Assembly (NCBI RefSeq): GCF_963921235.1
Contig: NC_086097.1
Span: 177,756,001 to 177,820,000 of the forward strand
Source of the DNA: Mobula hypostoma
Lineage: Eukaryota
DNA: 64,000 bases
Direction of reading: 5' to 3'
Positions 41,701 through 54,344 of this stretch are shown piece by piece. Every line of letters begins with the position of its first letter. The first letter of the stretch is position 1. Under the pieces are notes generated by a model that saw nothing but the letters and a program-made list of their open reading frames with translations, was not told the origin of the DNA and made no database searches. The translations under genes were made by a program, and so were the position numbers.

Positions 41701-44700
41701 GTGATAGACAGGGTGTATAGAGAGATGGTCACTCTGTATGTGCACGACACAGGGGAATGGGTGACGGTCAGGAGGCCAAGGGGGTGATGGACAGGGTGTA
41801 TAGAGAGATGGTCACTCTCTATGTGCACGACACAGGGGACTTGGTGATGGTCAGGAGGCCGAGGGGTTGATGGACAGGGTGTATAGAGAGATGGTCACTC
41901 TCTATGTGCACGACACAGGGGACTCGGTGATGGTCAGGAGGCTGAGGGGGTGATGGACAGGGTGTATAGAGAGATGGTCACTCTGTATGTGCGCGACACA
42001 GGGGACTGGTGACGGTCAGGAGGCCGAGGGGTTGATGGACAGGGTGTATAGAGAGATGGTCACTCTCTATGTGCACGACACAGGGGACTTGGTGACGGTC
42101 AGGAGGCTGAGGGGGTGATAGACAGGGTACATAGAGAGATGGTCACTCTCTATGTGCACGACACAGGGAACTCGGTGACGGTCAGGAGGCCGAGGGGGTG
42201 ATGGACAGGGTGTATAGAGAGATGGTCACTCTGTATGTGCACGACACAGGGGTCTGGGTGACGGTCAGGAGGCCGAGGGGGTGATAGACGACAGGCTGTA
42301 TAGGGAGATGGTCACTCTCTATGTGCATGACACAGGGGACTCGGTGATGGTCAGGAGGCCGAGGGGTTGATGGACAGGGTGTATAGAGAGATGTTCACTC
42401 TCTATGTGCACGATACAGGGGACTGGCTGAGGGGGTGATAGACAGGCTGTATAGGGAGATGGTCACTCTCTATGTGCACGACACAGGGGAATGGGTGACG
42501 GTCAGGAGGCCGAGGGGGTGATGGACAGGGTGTATAGAGAGATGGTCACTCTCTATGTGCACGACACAGGGGACTCGGTGATGGTCAGGAGGCTGAGGGG
42601 GTGATGGACAGGGTGTATAGAGAGATGGTCACTCTGTATGTGCACGACACAGGGGACTGGCTAAAGGGGTGATAGACAGGGTGTATAGAGAGATGGTCAC
42701 TCTCTATGTGCACGACACAGGGGACTGGGTGACGGTCAGGAGGCTGAGGGGGTGATAGACAGGCTGTATAGGGAGATGGTCACTCTCTGTGTGCACGACA
42801 CAGGGGACTGGGTGACGGTCAGGAGGTTGACGGGGTGATAGGCTGTATAGGGAGATGGTCACTCTCTATGTGCACGACACAGGGGACTGGGTGATGGTCA
42901 GGAGGCCGAGGGGGTGATGGACAGGGTACATAGAGAGATGGTCACTCTGTATGTGCGTGACACAGGGGACTGGGTGACGGTCAGGAGGCCGAGGGGGTGA
43001 TAGACAGGGTGTACAGAGAGCTGGTCACTCTGTATGTGCGCGACACAGGGGACGGGTGACGGTCAGGAGGCCGAGGGGGTGATAGACAGGGTGTATAGAG
43101 AGATGGTCACTCTGTATGTGCGCGACACAGGGGACTGGGTGACGGTCAGGAGGCCGAGGGGGTGATAGACAGGGTGTATAGAGAGATGGTCACTCTGTAT
43201 GTGCGCGACACAGGGGACTGGTGACGGTCAGGAGGCCGAGGGGGTGATAGACAGGGTGTATAGAGAGATGGTCACTCTGTACGTGCACGACACAGGGGAC
43301 GGGTGACGGTCAGGAGGCCGAGGGGGTGATAGACAGGGTGTATAGAGAGATGGTCACTCTGTATGTGCACGACAAAGGGGACTGGTGACGGTCAGGAGGC
43401 CGAGGGGGTGATAGACAGGGTGTATAGAGAGATTGTCACTCTCTATGTGCACGACACGGGACTGGGTGACGGTCAGGAGGCCGAGGGGGTGATGGACAGG
43501 GTGTATAGAGAGATGGTCACTCTCTATGTGCACGACACAGGGGACTCGGTGATGGTCAGGAGGCCGAGTGGTTGATGGACAGGGTGTATAGAGAGATGGT
43601 CACTCTCTATGTGCACGACACAGGGGACTTGGTGACGGTCAGGAGGCCGAGGGGGTGATGGACAGGGTGTATAGAGAGTTGGTCACTCTCTATGTGCACG
43701 ACACAGGGGACTCGGTGATGGTCAGGAGGCCGAGGGGGTGATAGACAGGGTGTATAGAGAGATGGTCACTCTGTATGTGCGCGACACAGGGGAATGGGTG
43801 ATGGTCAGGAGGCCGAGGGGGTGATAGACAGGGTACATAGAGAGATGGTCACTCTCTATGTGCGCGACACAGGGGACTGGGTGACGGTCAGGAGGCCGAG
43901 GGGGTGATAGACAGGGTGTACAGAGAGATGGTCACTCTGTATGTGCGCAACACAGGGGACTGGTGACGGTCAGGAGGCCGAGGGTGTGATAGACAGGGTG
44001 TATAGAGAGATGGTCACTCTGTACGTGCACGACACAGGGGACGGGTGACGGTCAGGAGGCCGAGGGGGTGATAGACAGGGTGTATAGAGAGATGGTCACT
44101 CTGTATGTGCACGACACAGGGGAATGGGTGACGGTCAGGAGGCCGAGGGGGTGATAGACAGGGTGTATAGAGAGATGGTCACTCTGTATGTGCACGACAC
44201 AGGGGACTGGGTGACGGTCAGGAGGCCGAGGGGGTGATAGACAGGGTGTATAGAGAGATGATCACTCTCTATGTGCACGACGCAGGGGATGGGTGACGGT
44301 CAGGAGGCTGAGGGGGTGATAGACAGGGTGTATAGAGAGATGGTCACTCTGTATGTGCACGACACAGGGGACTCGGTGATGGTCAGGAGGCCGAGGGGGT
44401 GATAGACAGGGTGTATAGAGAGATGGTCACTCTGTATGTGCACGACACAGGGGACGGGTGACGGTCAGGAGGCCGAGGAGGTGATAGACAGGGTGTATAG
44501 AGAGATGGTCACTCTGTATGTGCGCGACACAGGGGACTGGGTGACGGTCAGGAAGCCGAGGGGGTGATAGACAGGGTGTATAGAGAGATGGTCACTCTGT
44601 ATGTGCGCGACACAGGGGACTGGCTGAGGGGGTGATAGACAGGCTGTATAGGGAGATGGTCACTCTCTATGTGCGCGACACAGGGGACTGGGTGACGGTC

Positions 44701-47700
44701 AGGAGGCCGAGGGGGTGATAGACAGGGTGTATAGAGAGATGGTCACTCTGTATGTGCGCGACACAGGGGACTGGTGACGGTCAGGAGGCCGAGGGGGTGA
44801 TAGACAGGGTGTATAGAGAGATGGTCACTCTGTACGTGCACGACACAGGGGACGGGTGACGGTCAGGAGGCCGAGGGGGTGATGGACAGGGTGTATAGAG
44901 AGATGGTCACTCTCTATGTGCACGACACAGGGGACTCGGTGATGGTCAGGAGGCCGAGGGGTTGATAGACAGGGTGTATAGAAAGATGGTCACTCTCTAT
45001 GTGCACGACACAGGGGACTGGGTGACGGTCAGGAGGCTGAGGGGCTGATAGACAGGGTACATAGAGAGATGGTCACTCTCTATGTGCACGACACAGGGGA
45101 CTCGGTGACGGTCAGAAGGCCGAGGGGGTGATGGACAGGGTGTATAGAGAGTTGGTCACTTTCTATGTGCACGACACAGGGGACTCGGTGATGGTCAGGA
45201 GGCCGAGGGGATGATAGACAGGGTGTATAGAGAGATGGTCACTCTGTATGTGCGCAACACAGGGGAATGGGTGATGGTCAGGAGGCCGAGGGGGTGATGG
45301 ACAGGGTACATAGAGAGATGGTCACTCTGTATGTGCGTGACACAGGGGACTGGGTGACGGTCAGGAGGCCGAGGGGGTGATAGACAGGGTGTACAGAGAG
45401 ATGGTCACTCTGTATGTGCGCGACACAGGGGACGGGTGACGGTCAGGAGGCCGAGGGGGTGATAGACAGGGTGTATAGAGAGATGGTCACTCTGTATGTG
45501 CGCGACACAGGGGACTGGGTGACGGTCAGGAGGCCGAGGGGGTGATAGACAGGGTGTATAGAGAGATGGTCACTCTGTATGTGCGCGACACAGGGGACTG
45601 GTGACGGTCAGGAGGCCGAGGGGGTCATAGACAGGGTGTATAGAGAGATGGTCACTCTGTACGTGCACGACACAGGGGACGGGTGACGGTCAGGAGGCCG
45701 AGGGGGTGATAGACAGGGTGTATAGAGAGATGGTCACTCTGTATGTGCACGACAAAGGGGACTGGTGACGGTCAGGAGGCCGAGGGGGTGATAGACAGGG
45801 TGTATAGAGAGATTGTCACTCTCTATGTGCACGACACGGGACTGGGTGACGGTCAGGAGGCCGAGGGGGTGATGGACAGGGTGTATAGAGAGATGGTCAC
45901 TCTCTATGTGCACGACACAGGGGACTCGGTGATGGTCAGGAGGCCGAGGGGTTGATGGACAGGGTGTATAGAGAGATGGTCACTCTCTATGTGCACGACA
46001 CAGGGGACTCGGTGACGGTCAGGAGGCCGAGGGGGTGATGGACAGGGTGTATAGAGAGTTGGTCACTCTCTATGTGCACGACACAGGGGACTCGGTGATG
46101 GTCAGGAGGCCGAGGGGGTGATAGACAGGGTGTATAGAGAGATGGTCACTCTGTATGTGCGCGACACAGGGGAATGGGTGATGGTCAGGAGGCCGAGGGG
46201 GTGATAGACAGGGTACATAGAGAGATGGTCACTCTCTATGTGCGCGACACAGGGGACTGGGTGACGGTCAGGAGGCCGAGGGGGTGATAGACAGGGTGTA
46301 TAGAGAGATGGTCACTCTGTACGTGCACGACACAGGGGACGGGTGACGGTCAGGAGGCCGAGGGGGTGATAGACAGGGTGTATAGAGAGATGGTCACTCT
46401 GTATGTGCACGACACAGGGGAATGGGTGACGGTCAGGAGGCCAAGGGGGTGATGGACAGGGTGTATAGAGAGATGGTCACTCTCTATGTGCACGACACAG
46501 GGGACTTGGTGATGGTCAGGAGGCCGAGGGGTTGATGGACAGGGTGTATAGAGAGATGGTCACTCTCTATGTGCACGACACAGGGGACTCGGTGATGGTC
46601 AGGAGGCTGAGGGGGTGATGGACAGGGTGTATAGAGAGATGGTCACTCTGTATGTGCGCGACACAGGGGACTGGTGACGGTCAGGAGGCCGAGGGGTTGA
46701 TGGACAGGGTGTATAGAGAGATGGTCACTCTCTATGTGCACGACACAGGGGACTTGGTGACGGTCAGGAGGCTGAGGGGGTGATAGACAGGGTACATAGA
46801 GAGATGGTCACTCTCTATGTGCACGACACAGGGAACTCGGTGACGGTCAGGAGGCCGAGGGGGTGATGGACAGGGTGTATAGAGAGATGGTCACTCTGTA
46901 TGTGCACGACACAGGGGTCTGGGTGACGGTCAGGAGGCCGAGGGGGTGATAGACGACAGGCTGTATAGGGAGATGGTCACTCTCTATGTGCATGACACAG
47001 GGGACTCGGTGATGGTCAGGAGGCCGAGGGGTTGATGGACAGGGTGTATAGAGAGATGTTCACTCTCTATGTGCACGATACAGGGGACTGGCTGAGGGGG
47101 TGATAGACAGGCTGTATAGGGAGATGGTCACTCTCTATGTGCACGACACAGGGGAATGGGTGACGGTCAGGAGGCCGAGGGGGTGATGGACAGGGTGTAT
47201 AGAGAGATGGTCACTCTCTATGTGCACGACACAGGGGACTCGGTGATGGTCAGGAGGCTGAGGGGGTGATGGACAGGGTGTATAGAGAGATGGTCACTCT
47301 GTATGTGCACGACACAGGGGACTGGCTAAAGGGGTGATAGACAGGGTGTATAGAGAGATGGTCACTCTCTATGTGCACGACACAGGGGACTGGGTGACGG
47401 TCAGGAGGCTGAGGGGGTGATAGACAGGCTGTATAGGGAGATGGTCACTCTCTGTGTGCACGACACAGGGGACTGGGTGACGGTCAGGAGGTTGACGGGG
47501 TGATAGGCTGTATAGGGAGATGGTCACTCTCTATGTGCACGACACAGGGGACTGGGTGACGGTCAGGAGGCCGAGGGGGTGATAGACAGGGTGTATAGAG
47601 AGATGGTCACTCTCTATGTGCGCGACACAGGGGACTGGTGACGGTCAGGAGGCCGAGGGGGTGATGGATAGGTTGTATAGAGAGATGGTCACTCTCTATG

Positions 47701-47733
47701 TGCAGGATGCAAGGGACTGGGTGACGGTCAGGA
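29703..47733 (+). repeat. Tandem satellite, 83-bp monomer, about 220 copies, with about 4.67-kb higher-order repeat
   Basis: Unit gtcaggaggccgagggggtgatagacagggtgtatagagagatggtcactctgtatgtgcacgacacaggggactgggtgacg, seen at 29703 and 29786 onward. Diagnostic variants recur every 4665-4666 bp. Confidence 0.99.
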
Positions 47734-50700
47734 AAGGGAACGAGGTTAAGCAGCCACTGCTGATGCCATCCTTCTGAGAAACACATATACACTTTGGATT
47801 CTGTTGGGAGGTGGGGAGGTCGGGGTGTGGCGGGGTGGGGAATGACCTAGCAGAGAAAATCACAGCGGCCAGGTCTCTGGCTGTGTGACTCAGAAGAGCA
47901 GGGCAGAGAAAAGGCGAGCTGTGGTGATAGGTGTTCGTTTGTTAAGGGAACAGAAAGGAGGTTCTGTGGACGAGAACAAGTTGCTTAGATGGTATGTTGC
48001 CTCCCGGGACATGTTGGATTCTTAAGTGGGAGGGTGAGCAGCCAGAGGTCGTGGTTCATGTAGGTACCTATGACATGGGTAGTAAGAGTGACGAGGTTCT
48101 GCAAAATGAGTTCAGGGAGTTAGGTGCTGTTAAAGGATACGACCTTCAGGGTTGTGATCCCAGATTGCTACCTGTGCCACATGTTGGTGAGGCCAGAAAT
48201 AGGAAGAATGTACAATTTAATTTGTGGATAAGGAGTTGGTGTAGGAGGGAGGGCAACAGATTTTTGGATCATTGAGCTCTATTCCAGGGAAGATGGGACC
48301 TGTACAGAAGAGACGGTTTGCACCTGAACTGGAGGGGGACTAAGATCCTAGTGGGAAGATTTGCTAGTGCTGCATGGGGGTGGGGGGGGTGTTAAACTAA
48401 AGTTGCAAGGAGATGGGAAGCAGAGTGCCAGAACAGATACTGGAGAGGATGTGTGCAGAGCTGCGTATATTTCAATGCAAGTATTGTAGGAAAGGCAGAT
48501 GAGCTCAGGCTTTGATCAAACCATGGAATTATGATATTCTAGCCGGTAGTGAGACTTGGCTGCTGGAGGAACAGGACTGGCAGCTCAACGTTTTGAGGTT
48601 CAGCTGTTTTAGATGAGACAGAGCAGGAGGAAGGTGGGGTTACTAGTCAGGGAAAATATCATGGGTTGTACTCTGTCAGGATAGACTTAAAAACCCATCT
48701 AGTGTGGCTTTATAGGTGAGCTGAGGAATAAGAAAGGTATGACTATGTTAATAGGCCTATATTATGGACCACCCAACAATCCGTAGGATTTAAAGGAACA
48801 GATTTGTGGAGAGATCACAGACTGTTGCAAGAAACATAAGGTTGTTACAGTAAGTGATTTTAACTTCCTACATTTTGACTCCCATACTGTAAAAGGGCAA
48901 GATGGGATAGAGTATGTCAAATGTGTTCAACAATGTTTCCTTAATCGGTACATTTCAGTCCCAATGAGGGAGTGTGAGATACTTGATCTTATATTAGGGA
49001 ATGAGACAGGGCAGGTGACAGAAATTTGTTAGTGAAACACTTTACATCCAGTATCATAATGCCATTATTCTAAGGTAATTATGGAAAAGGGTAGGTTTGA
49101 TCTTTGGGTTGAGAATTTAAATTGGAGAAAGGCCAACTTTGATGGTATCTGAAAAGATCAGGCATCTGGATTGGGACAGGTTGTATTCTGGCAAAGGTGC
49201 ACTTGGTAAGAGGGAGGCCTTCAAAAGTGAAATTCTGAGAGTACTAAGTTTGTATGTGCCTTTCAGAATAAAAGGTAAAGTTAACAAGTTTAGGGAACCT
49301 TGGTTTTCAAGAAATATGAAATCCTTGTTAAGAAACAAAAAGGAGGTGAATAGCAGGTATAGGTAGGATAGAATAAATTAAGTATTTATGGAGTTTAAAA
49401 TGCAAAAGAACACTTAAGAAAGAAATCAAGAGGGCTAAAAGAAGGCATGAGGTTGCCATAGCAGACAGGGTGAAGGAGAACCCTTAGGGCTTCTACAGAT
49501 ATGTTAAGAGCAAAAGGACTGCAAGGGACAAAATTGGCCCTCTAGAAGATCAGAATGGTAATCTAAGCATGGAGCCAAAAGAGATGGGGGAGATCTTAAA
49601 TGGATTTTTTGCATCTGTATTTACACAGGACACGGACACAGAGTCTATAGAAGTGAGGCAAAGTAGCAGCAAGGTCATGGACCCTGTACAGATTACATAG
49701 TATGAGGTGTTTGCTGTCCTGAGGCAAATCAGGCTGGATGAATTCCTAGGGACTGACAAGGTGTTGCGGGAAGCAAGTGCAGAAATTGCAGGGGCCTTAG
49801 CAGAAATATAAATCATCCTTAGCAATAGGTAAGGTACCAGAAGATTGGACGATAGCTAATGTTTTCCATTGTTTAAGAAAGGCTCTAAAAATAAACCAGG
49901 AAAATATAGGCAGGGAGCCTGACGTCAGTAGTGGGAAAGTTACCAGAAGGTATTCTATGGGACCGGATATATGAGTATTTGGATAGACATGGACTGATTA
50001 GGGATAGTCAGCATGGCTTTGTGTGTGTGGTCGGTCATATCTAACCAATCTTATAGAGTTTTTTGAGATAATTACCAAGAACGTTGATGAAGGCAACACA
50101 GTGGATGTTGTCTATATGGATTTCAGCAACACATTTGACAAGGTTGTTCAAAAAGTTTCAGTCACTCAGCATTCAAGATGAGGTAGTAAATTGGATTAGA
50201 TATTGGCTTTGTGGGAGAAGTCAGAGTGTGATAATAGATGGTTGCTTCTCTGACTGGAGGCCTGTAACTAGTGGAGTGCTGCAGGAATTGGTGCTGGGTC
50301 CATTGTTATTTATCATCTATATCAATGATCTGGATGATAATGTGGTTAACTGGATCAGCAAATTTGCAGATGACACCAAGACTGGAGGTGTGGTGGACAG
50401 CGAGGAAGACCATCAGAGGTTGCAGCTGGATCTGGACCTGCTGGAAAAATGGGCTGAAAAATGGCAGTTGGAATTTAATGCAGACAAGTGCATTGTGTTG
50501 TATTTCATAGGACCAATCAGGGTAGTTCTTACACAGTGAACAGTAGGGCACTGAGGAGTGTGGTAGAACAAAGGGATCTGGGAATATAGGTCCATAATTC
50601 ATTGAAAGTGGCATCATAGATAGGTAGGGTCGTAAAGAAAGCTTTTGTCACATTGGCCTTCATAAATCAAAGTATTGAGCACAGGAGATGGGATGTTATG

Positions 50701-53076
50701 AGGTTGTATAAGACATTAGTGAGGCCTAATGTGGAGTACTGTGGCAGTTTTGGTTACCTACCTACAGGAAAGATGTAATCAAGGTTGAAAGGGTACAGAG
50801 AAAATTTACAAGGATGTTGCTGGGACTGGAGGAGCTGAGTTACAAGGAAAGATTGAATAGGTTAGAACTTTATTCCCTAGAACATAGAAGATTGAGGGGA
50901 GATTTGATAGAGGTTTACAAAATTATGAGGGGTATAGTTAGACAAAATGCAAGCAGGCTTTTTCCTCTGCGGTTGGGTGAGACTACAACTGGAGGTAATG
51001 GGTTAAAGGTGAAATGTGAAAAGTTTAAGGGGAACGTGAGGGAAAACTTCTTCACTCGGAGGGTCATGAGAGTGTGGAACGAGCTGCCAGGATAAGTGGT
51101 GCATACAAGCTCAATTTCAATGTGTAAGAGAAGTTTGGATAAGTACATGGATAGTAGGGATTTGGAGCGCGACAGCCTGGGTGCAGGTGGATGGGACTCA
51201 GCATTGTAAATGGTTTAGCATGGACTAGATGGGATGAATGGCCTGTTTTGCTGCTGTATACTTCTATGACTAAAGTATTATGGTTACAAAGAAAGTGCAC
51301 TGCAGATAGACAAGAAGATGCGAGGGCAATAACGAGGTAGTTTGTTGGATCATGAGTTCACTTTTATTGTATGAGAGGTCCTGTAAGAGTCTGATAGCAG
51401 CAGAATAGAAATTGTCGCTCATCTGGTGACATGTGTTTTCAAGCTTTTGTGTGTTCCTCCCAATGGAAGGAGGGAGAAGAGAGAATGAACATGCTGGGAG
51501 GGGTACCCTAATTATGTTGGCCGCCTTCCCAAGCAGCGGAAAGTGTCGACCATGCAGGGGAGGCTAGTTTGCGTGAAGGACTGTGCTGGGTCCAACATCT
51601 GTCTGCAGTTTCTCATCTTCACAATCAGAGTAGTGAGCAGAAGAGCCTATTCCTATGCTGTACTCTCTATGACTATTTACGTCCAAGCTGCATCTGTTTC
51701 CTACTGACTCAGTTATTGATGAACAAATCCCAAATTCTACTGAATGTGAAAGAATTAAATGGTCTTGAAGGTGGTTTCTATAGTCCCTTTCTCATCCCCT
51801 TCAAGACCATCCCGAAGGCCTTTATAACCAATGAATAATCACTGGTAAAAACCCTCATACTTCCTCTGTCTCCTTGGTGGTGGTGGAAATATTCTATTCA
51901 CTGTGAGGATAGGATTGTTGGAGAACTCCATTTTTTTGACACACTGCAGTCTTACTTCAGAACCAGTCACAGTGACTATTCGTAAAGTTACTCTTTTACT
52001 GGCTACATACAGTCATACTGCCTGTAAACCAGTCCTGAAACACTAGTCAATTGTGTTTATTGTCATGTGCCCAAGTCCAGTAAGGTTCAGGTACAACCAA
52101 AAATCTGCTTGCATCTGCATCACAGGCACGTTCCTGTCAATACACAGAATATAAATTATACCAGACAGCAAAGAGAACAAGTGCAAGCAGAATATTAGTG
52201 CAAAAACTGAATGTAATCAGAGACAAGTTCATGGTCATACAAAAGATGGTCGGAGGTGGTCCATTGCTGAGGTACAATTAGAGTTGTGCAGGCTAGTTAA
52301 AGAACCTGATAGTTGTAGAGAAGTAGCTGTTCCTGAAACTGGTGATGTGGGACCTCCGGCTTCTGTACCTCCTGTCTGATGGTCACACCAAAAAGAGGGC
52401 ATGGTCTTGACGGTGGGAATCCTTGGTCACGTTAAACCTTCTTGAAGCCCTGTCTCTTGTGAATGCATCAGTGTGGGGAGGGTTGTGGTCCACTACTGTC
52501 TGTAGCCTCTTGTGTTCCTGTGTGTTATAGCTGCTGTATCATGTCATGGTGCAAGCAGTCGGGGGAACTGTAGAAGTTTGTTAGGTTTTGGTGGTCACGG
52601 GGAGAATGGACAAACTCCACACAGACAGCACTAGTTCAGAATTGAACTGGGTCTCTGGTACTGTGTGGCAGCAGCGTTAATATCAGTGCCACTTGTGCTG
52701 CCCAGTAGAATATAGAACACAAACAGCACAGAACAGGAACAGGCCCTTCATCTTCTCCCCACCACCCATAACTGCATAACATCAAACAGCCTCTTAGCTA
52801 CCACCATCATATTTGCTTCAACCACCACTATCCCTAGCAGCCCATTCCAGGTACCCACAACTCTGTAAAAATAAATAATATCTGCTTTAAATGTTTCCTC
52901 TCTTAAATGTGTGTTTGAAATTTGAAGTTTTTACCTGTCTGCCTTGTCTATAAACCTATTGTGTCTCTCTACAGAAATCAATGCAAGTTTGTCCAACTCT
53001 TCTCATTGCTCAAGCCCTCTCTCTATTCCAGGCAGCATTCTGATTAACCATTTCCAAACCCTCCACGTAGTTCCAC

Positions 53077-53690
53077 AGAATCAGAATCAAGTTTATTGTT
53101 GCTGACATTGGTGATGATTCTCGTTGTTCTGTGGCATCGGTGCAGTGTAGGCTTTTCAAATTAGTATAAGCTTCAATAGAAAAGTAAATTGTGCCAAAGA
53201 GGAATAGTGAGGTGGTATTCACGCACCGTTCAGAAATCTGATGGGAAAAGGGAAGAAGCTGTTCCTAAAACACTGAATATGAGTCTTCAGGCTCCTGTAC
53301 CTCCTCACTAATGGCAGTAATGAGAAGAGGGCATGTCCCAGATGGTGAAGGTCCTTAGTGATGGATGCTGCCTTCTTGAGGCACTGCTTCTTGAAGGTGT
53401 CCTCGAGGGTGGGGAGGCTTGTGCCTATGATGGAGCTGGTTGAGTCTACAGCCCTCTGCAGTCTCTTTGGATCCTGTGCATGGAGCCTCCACACCAGGCA
53501 GTGCTGTAACCAGTCAGAATGCTCTCCACAGTACTTCTGTAGAAAATTGCTGGAGGCTTTGGTGACATACCAAAATCTCAGACTCACAATGAAGGGAAGC
53601 TACTGGCATACCTTCGTCATGATTGCATCAATATGGTGGGCTCTGAGTTGTTGATGTGCAGGACCTTCAAGTTGTTCACCCTTTCCGCTC
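53077..53690 (-). mobile_element. Rex1/Babar-like LINE 3' fragment
   Basis: ORF 53219-53587 KRLQRAV...KKAASITKDLHHLGHALFSLLP...FRNSFFP; agaatcagaatc tail. Confidence 0.78.
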
Positions 53691-53894
53691 AGTAGGGACC
53701 TGTACCTCCTGCCTCATGATCGCACCAAACAGAGGGTATGGTCTGGATAGTGGGAATCCTTGATGATGTTGATCCTTCTTGAAGCACCACCTCTTGTAGA
53801 TGCATCAGTACTGTAATGGGGTGAACAAATTTTAGAACTGAGTTGGGAACTCTACCATAAATTCTAATTTTTTCCCTTCTTTTCCTCCTTGCAG

Positions 53895-54303
53895 CAAGCG
53901 CTTGCGGCTGTGCAGTTTGGAAAGGGCAATGACGGCGTTCAGGGGAATCTGGACCAAGTCTTTCTGGAGGGCAGTTTCTGCTGAGTTTCTGGCCACGCTC
54001 ATCTTTGTTCTTCTTGGCATTGGCTCCACCATTGGCTGGGGTGGTGTGACTGGACCTGTGGACACAGTCCTTATCTCTCTCTGCTTTGGATTCAGCATTG
54101 CCACCATGGTTCAATGTTTTGCCCACATCAGCGGGGGCCACATTAATCCCGTGGTAACTGCCGCCATGGTCTGCACCCGGAAACTCAGCCTGGCCAAGGG
54201 AGTCTTCTACATTCTAGCGCAGTGTCTTGGTGCCATCGCGGGAGCAGGGATCCTCTACCTTGTCACTCCATCAAACGTTAGGGGTGGATTTGGTGTCACC
54301 ACG
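53895..54303 (+). CDS. aqp4: Aquaporin-4 coding exon (TM1-TM3, loop B); contains the M23-equivalent ATG at 53929
   Basis: A polypyrimidine tract and cag acceptor end at 53894. Translation KRLRLCSLERAMTAFRGIWTKSFWRAVSAEFLATLIFVLLGIGSTIGWGG...HISGGHINPVVTAAMVCTRKLS...GFGVTT aligns with mammalian AQP4 (KCGPLCTRENIMVAFKGVWTQAFWKAV...). The donor gtaata starts at 54304. Length 409 nt, phase-2 start. Confidence 0.97.
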
Positions 54304-54344
54304 GTAATATTGATATTGGTTTATTATTATCACATGTACCAAGG

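Larger units (their letters stand above)
25403..51270 (+). mobile_element. Near full-length degenerate CR1-clade LINE (about 4 kb net), interrupted by an L1 and by the satellite
   Basis: 5' UTR and Cys-rich ORF1 start (25747-25855), resuming at 29638. SGNH/esterase-like ORF1 remnant (EQPEVVVHVGT, about 48000-48270), endonuclease remnant (about 48470-49050), RT remnant ([21 protein letters not shown], about 50320), and a CR1 3' end with ctatgact tail. Many stops and frameshifts. Confidence 0.88.

Noticed and set aside
34114..45955. Six near-identical 70-aa ORFs (MCTTKGTGDGQEAEGV...) suggesting a tandem gene family
   Set aside because: They are chance open frames across satellite monomers with indels. 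The 83-bp unit is not a multiple of 3 and contains stops; they are useful only as HOR markers.
29703..47733. Possible CRISPR-like array
   Set aside because: There are no unique spacers; the whole unit repeats, the context is eukaryotic and there are no cas genes.
53689..54141. 150-aa antisense ORF over the aqp4 exon
   Set aside because: It is the shadow frame of the coding exon running into a LINE relic, with no recognisable domain.
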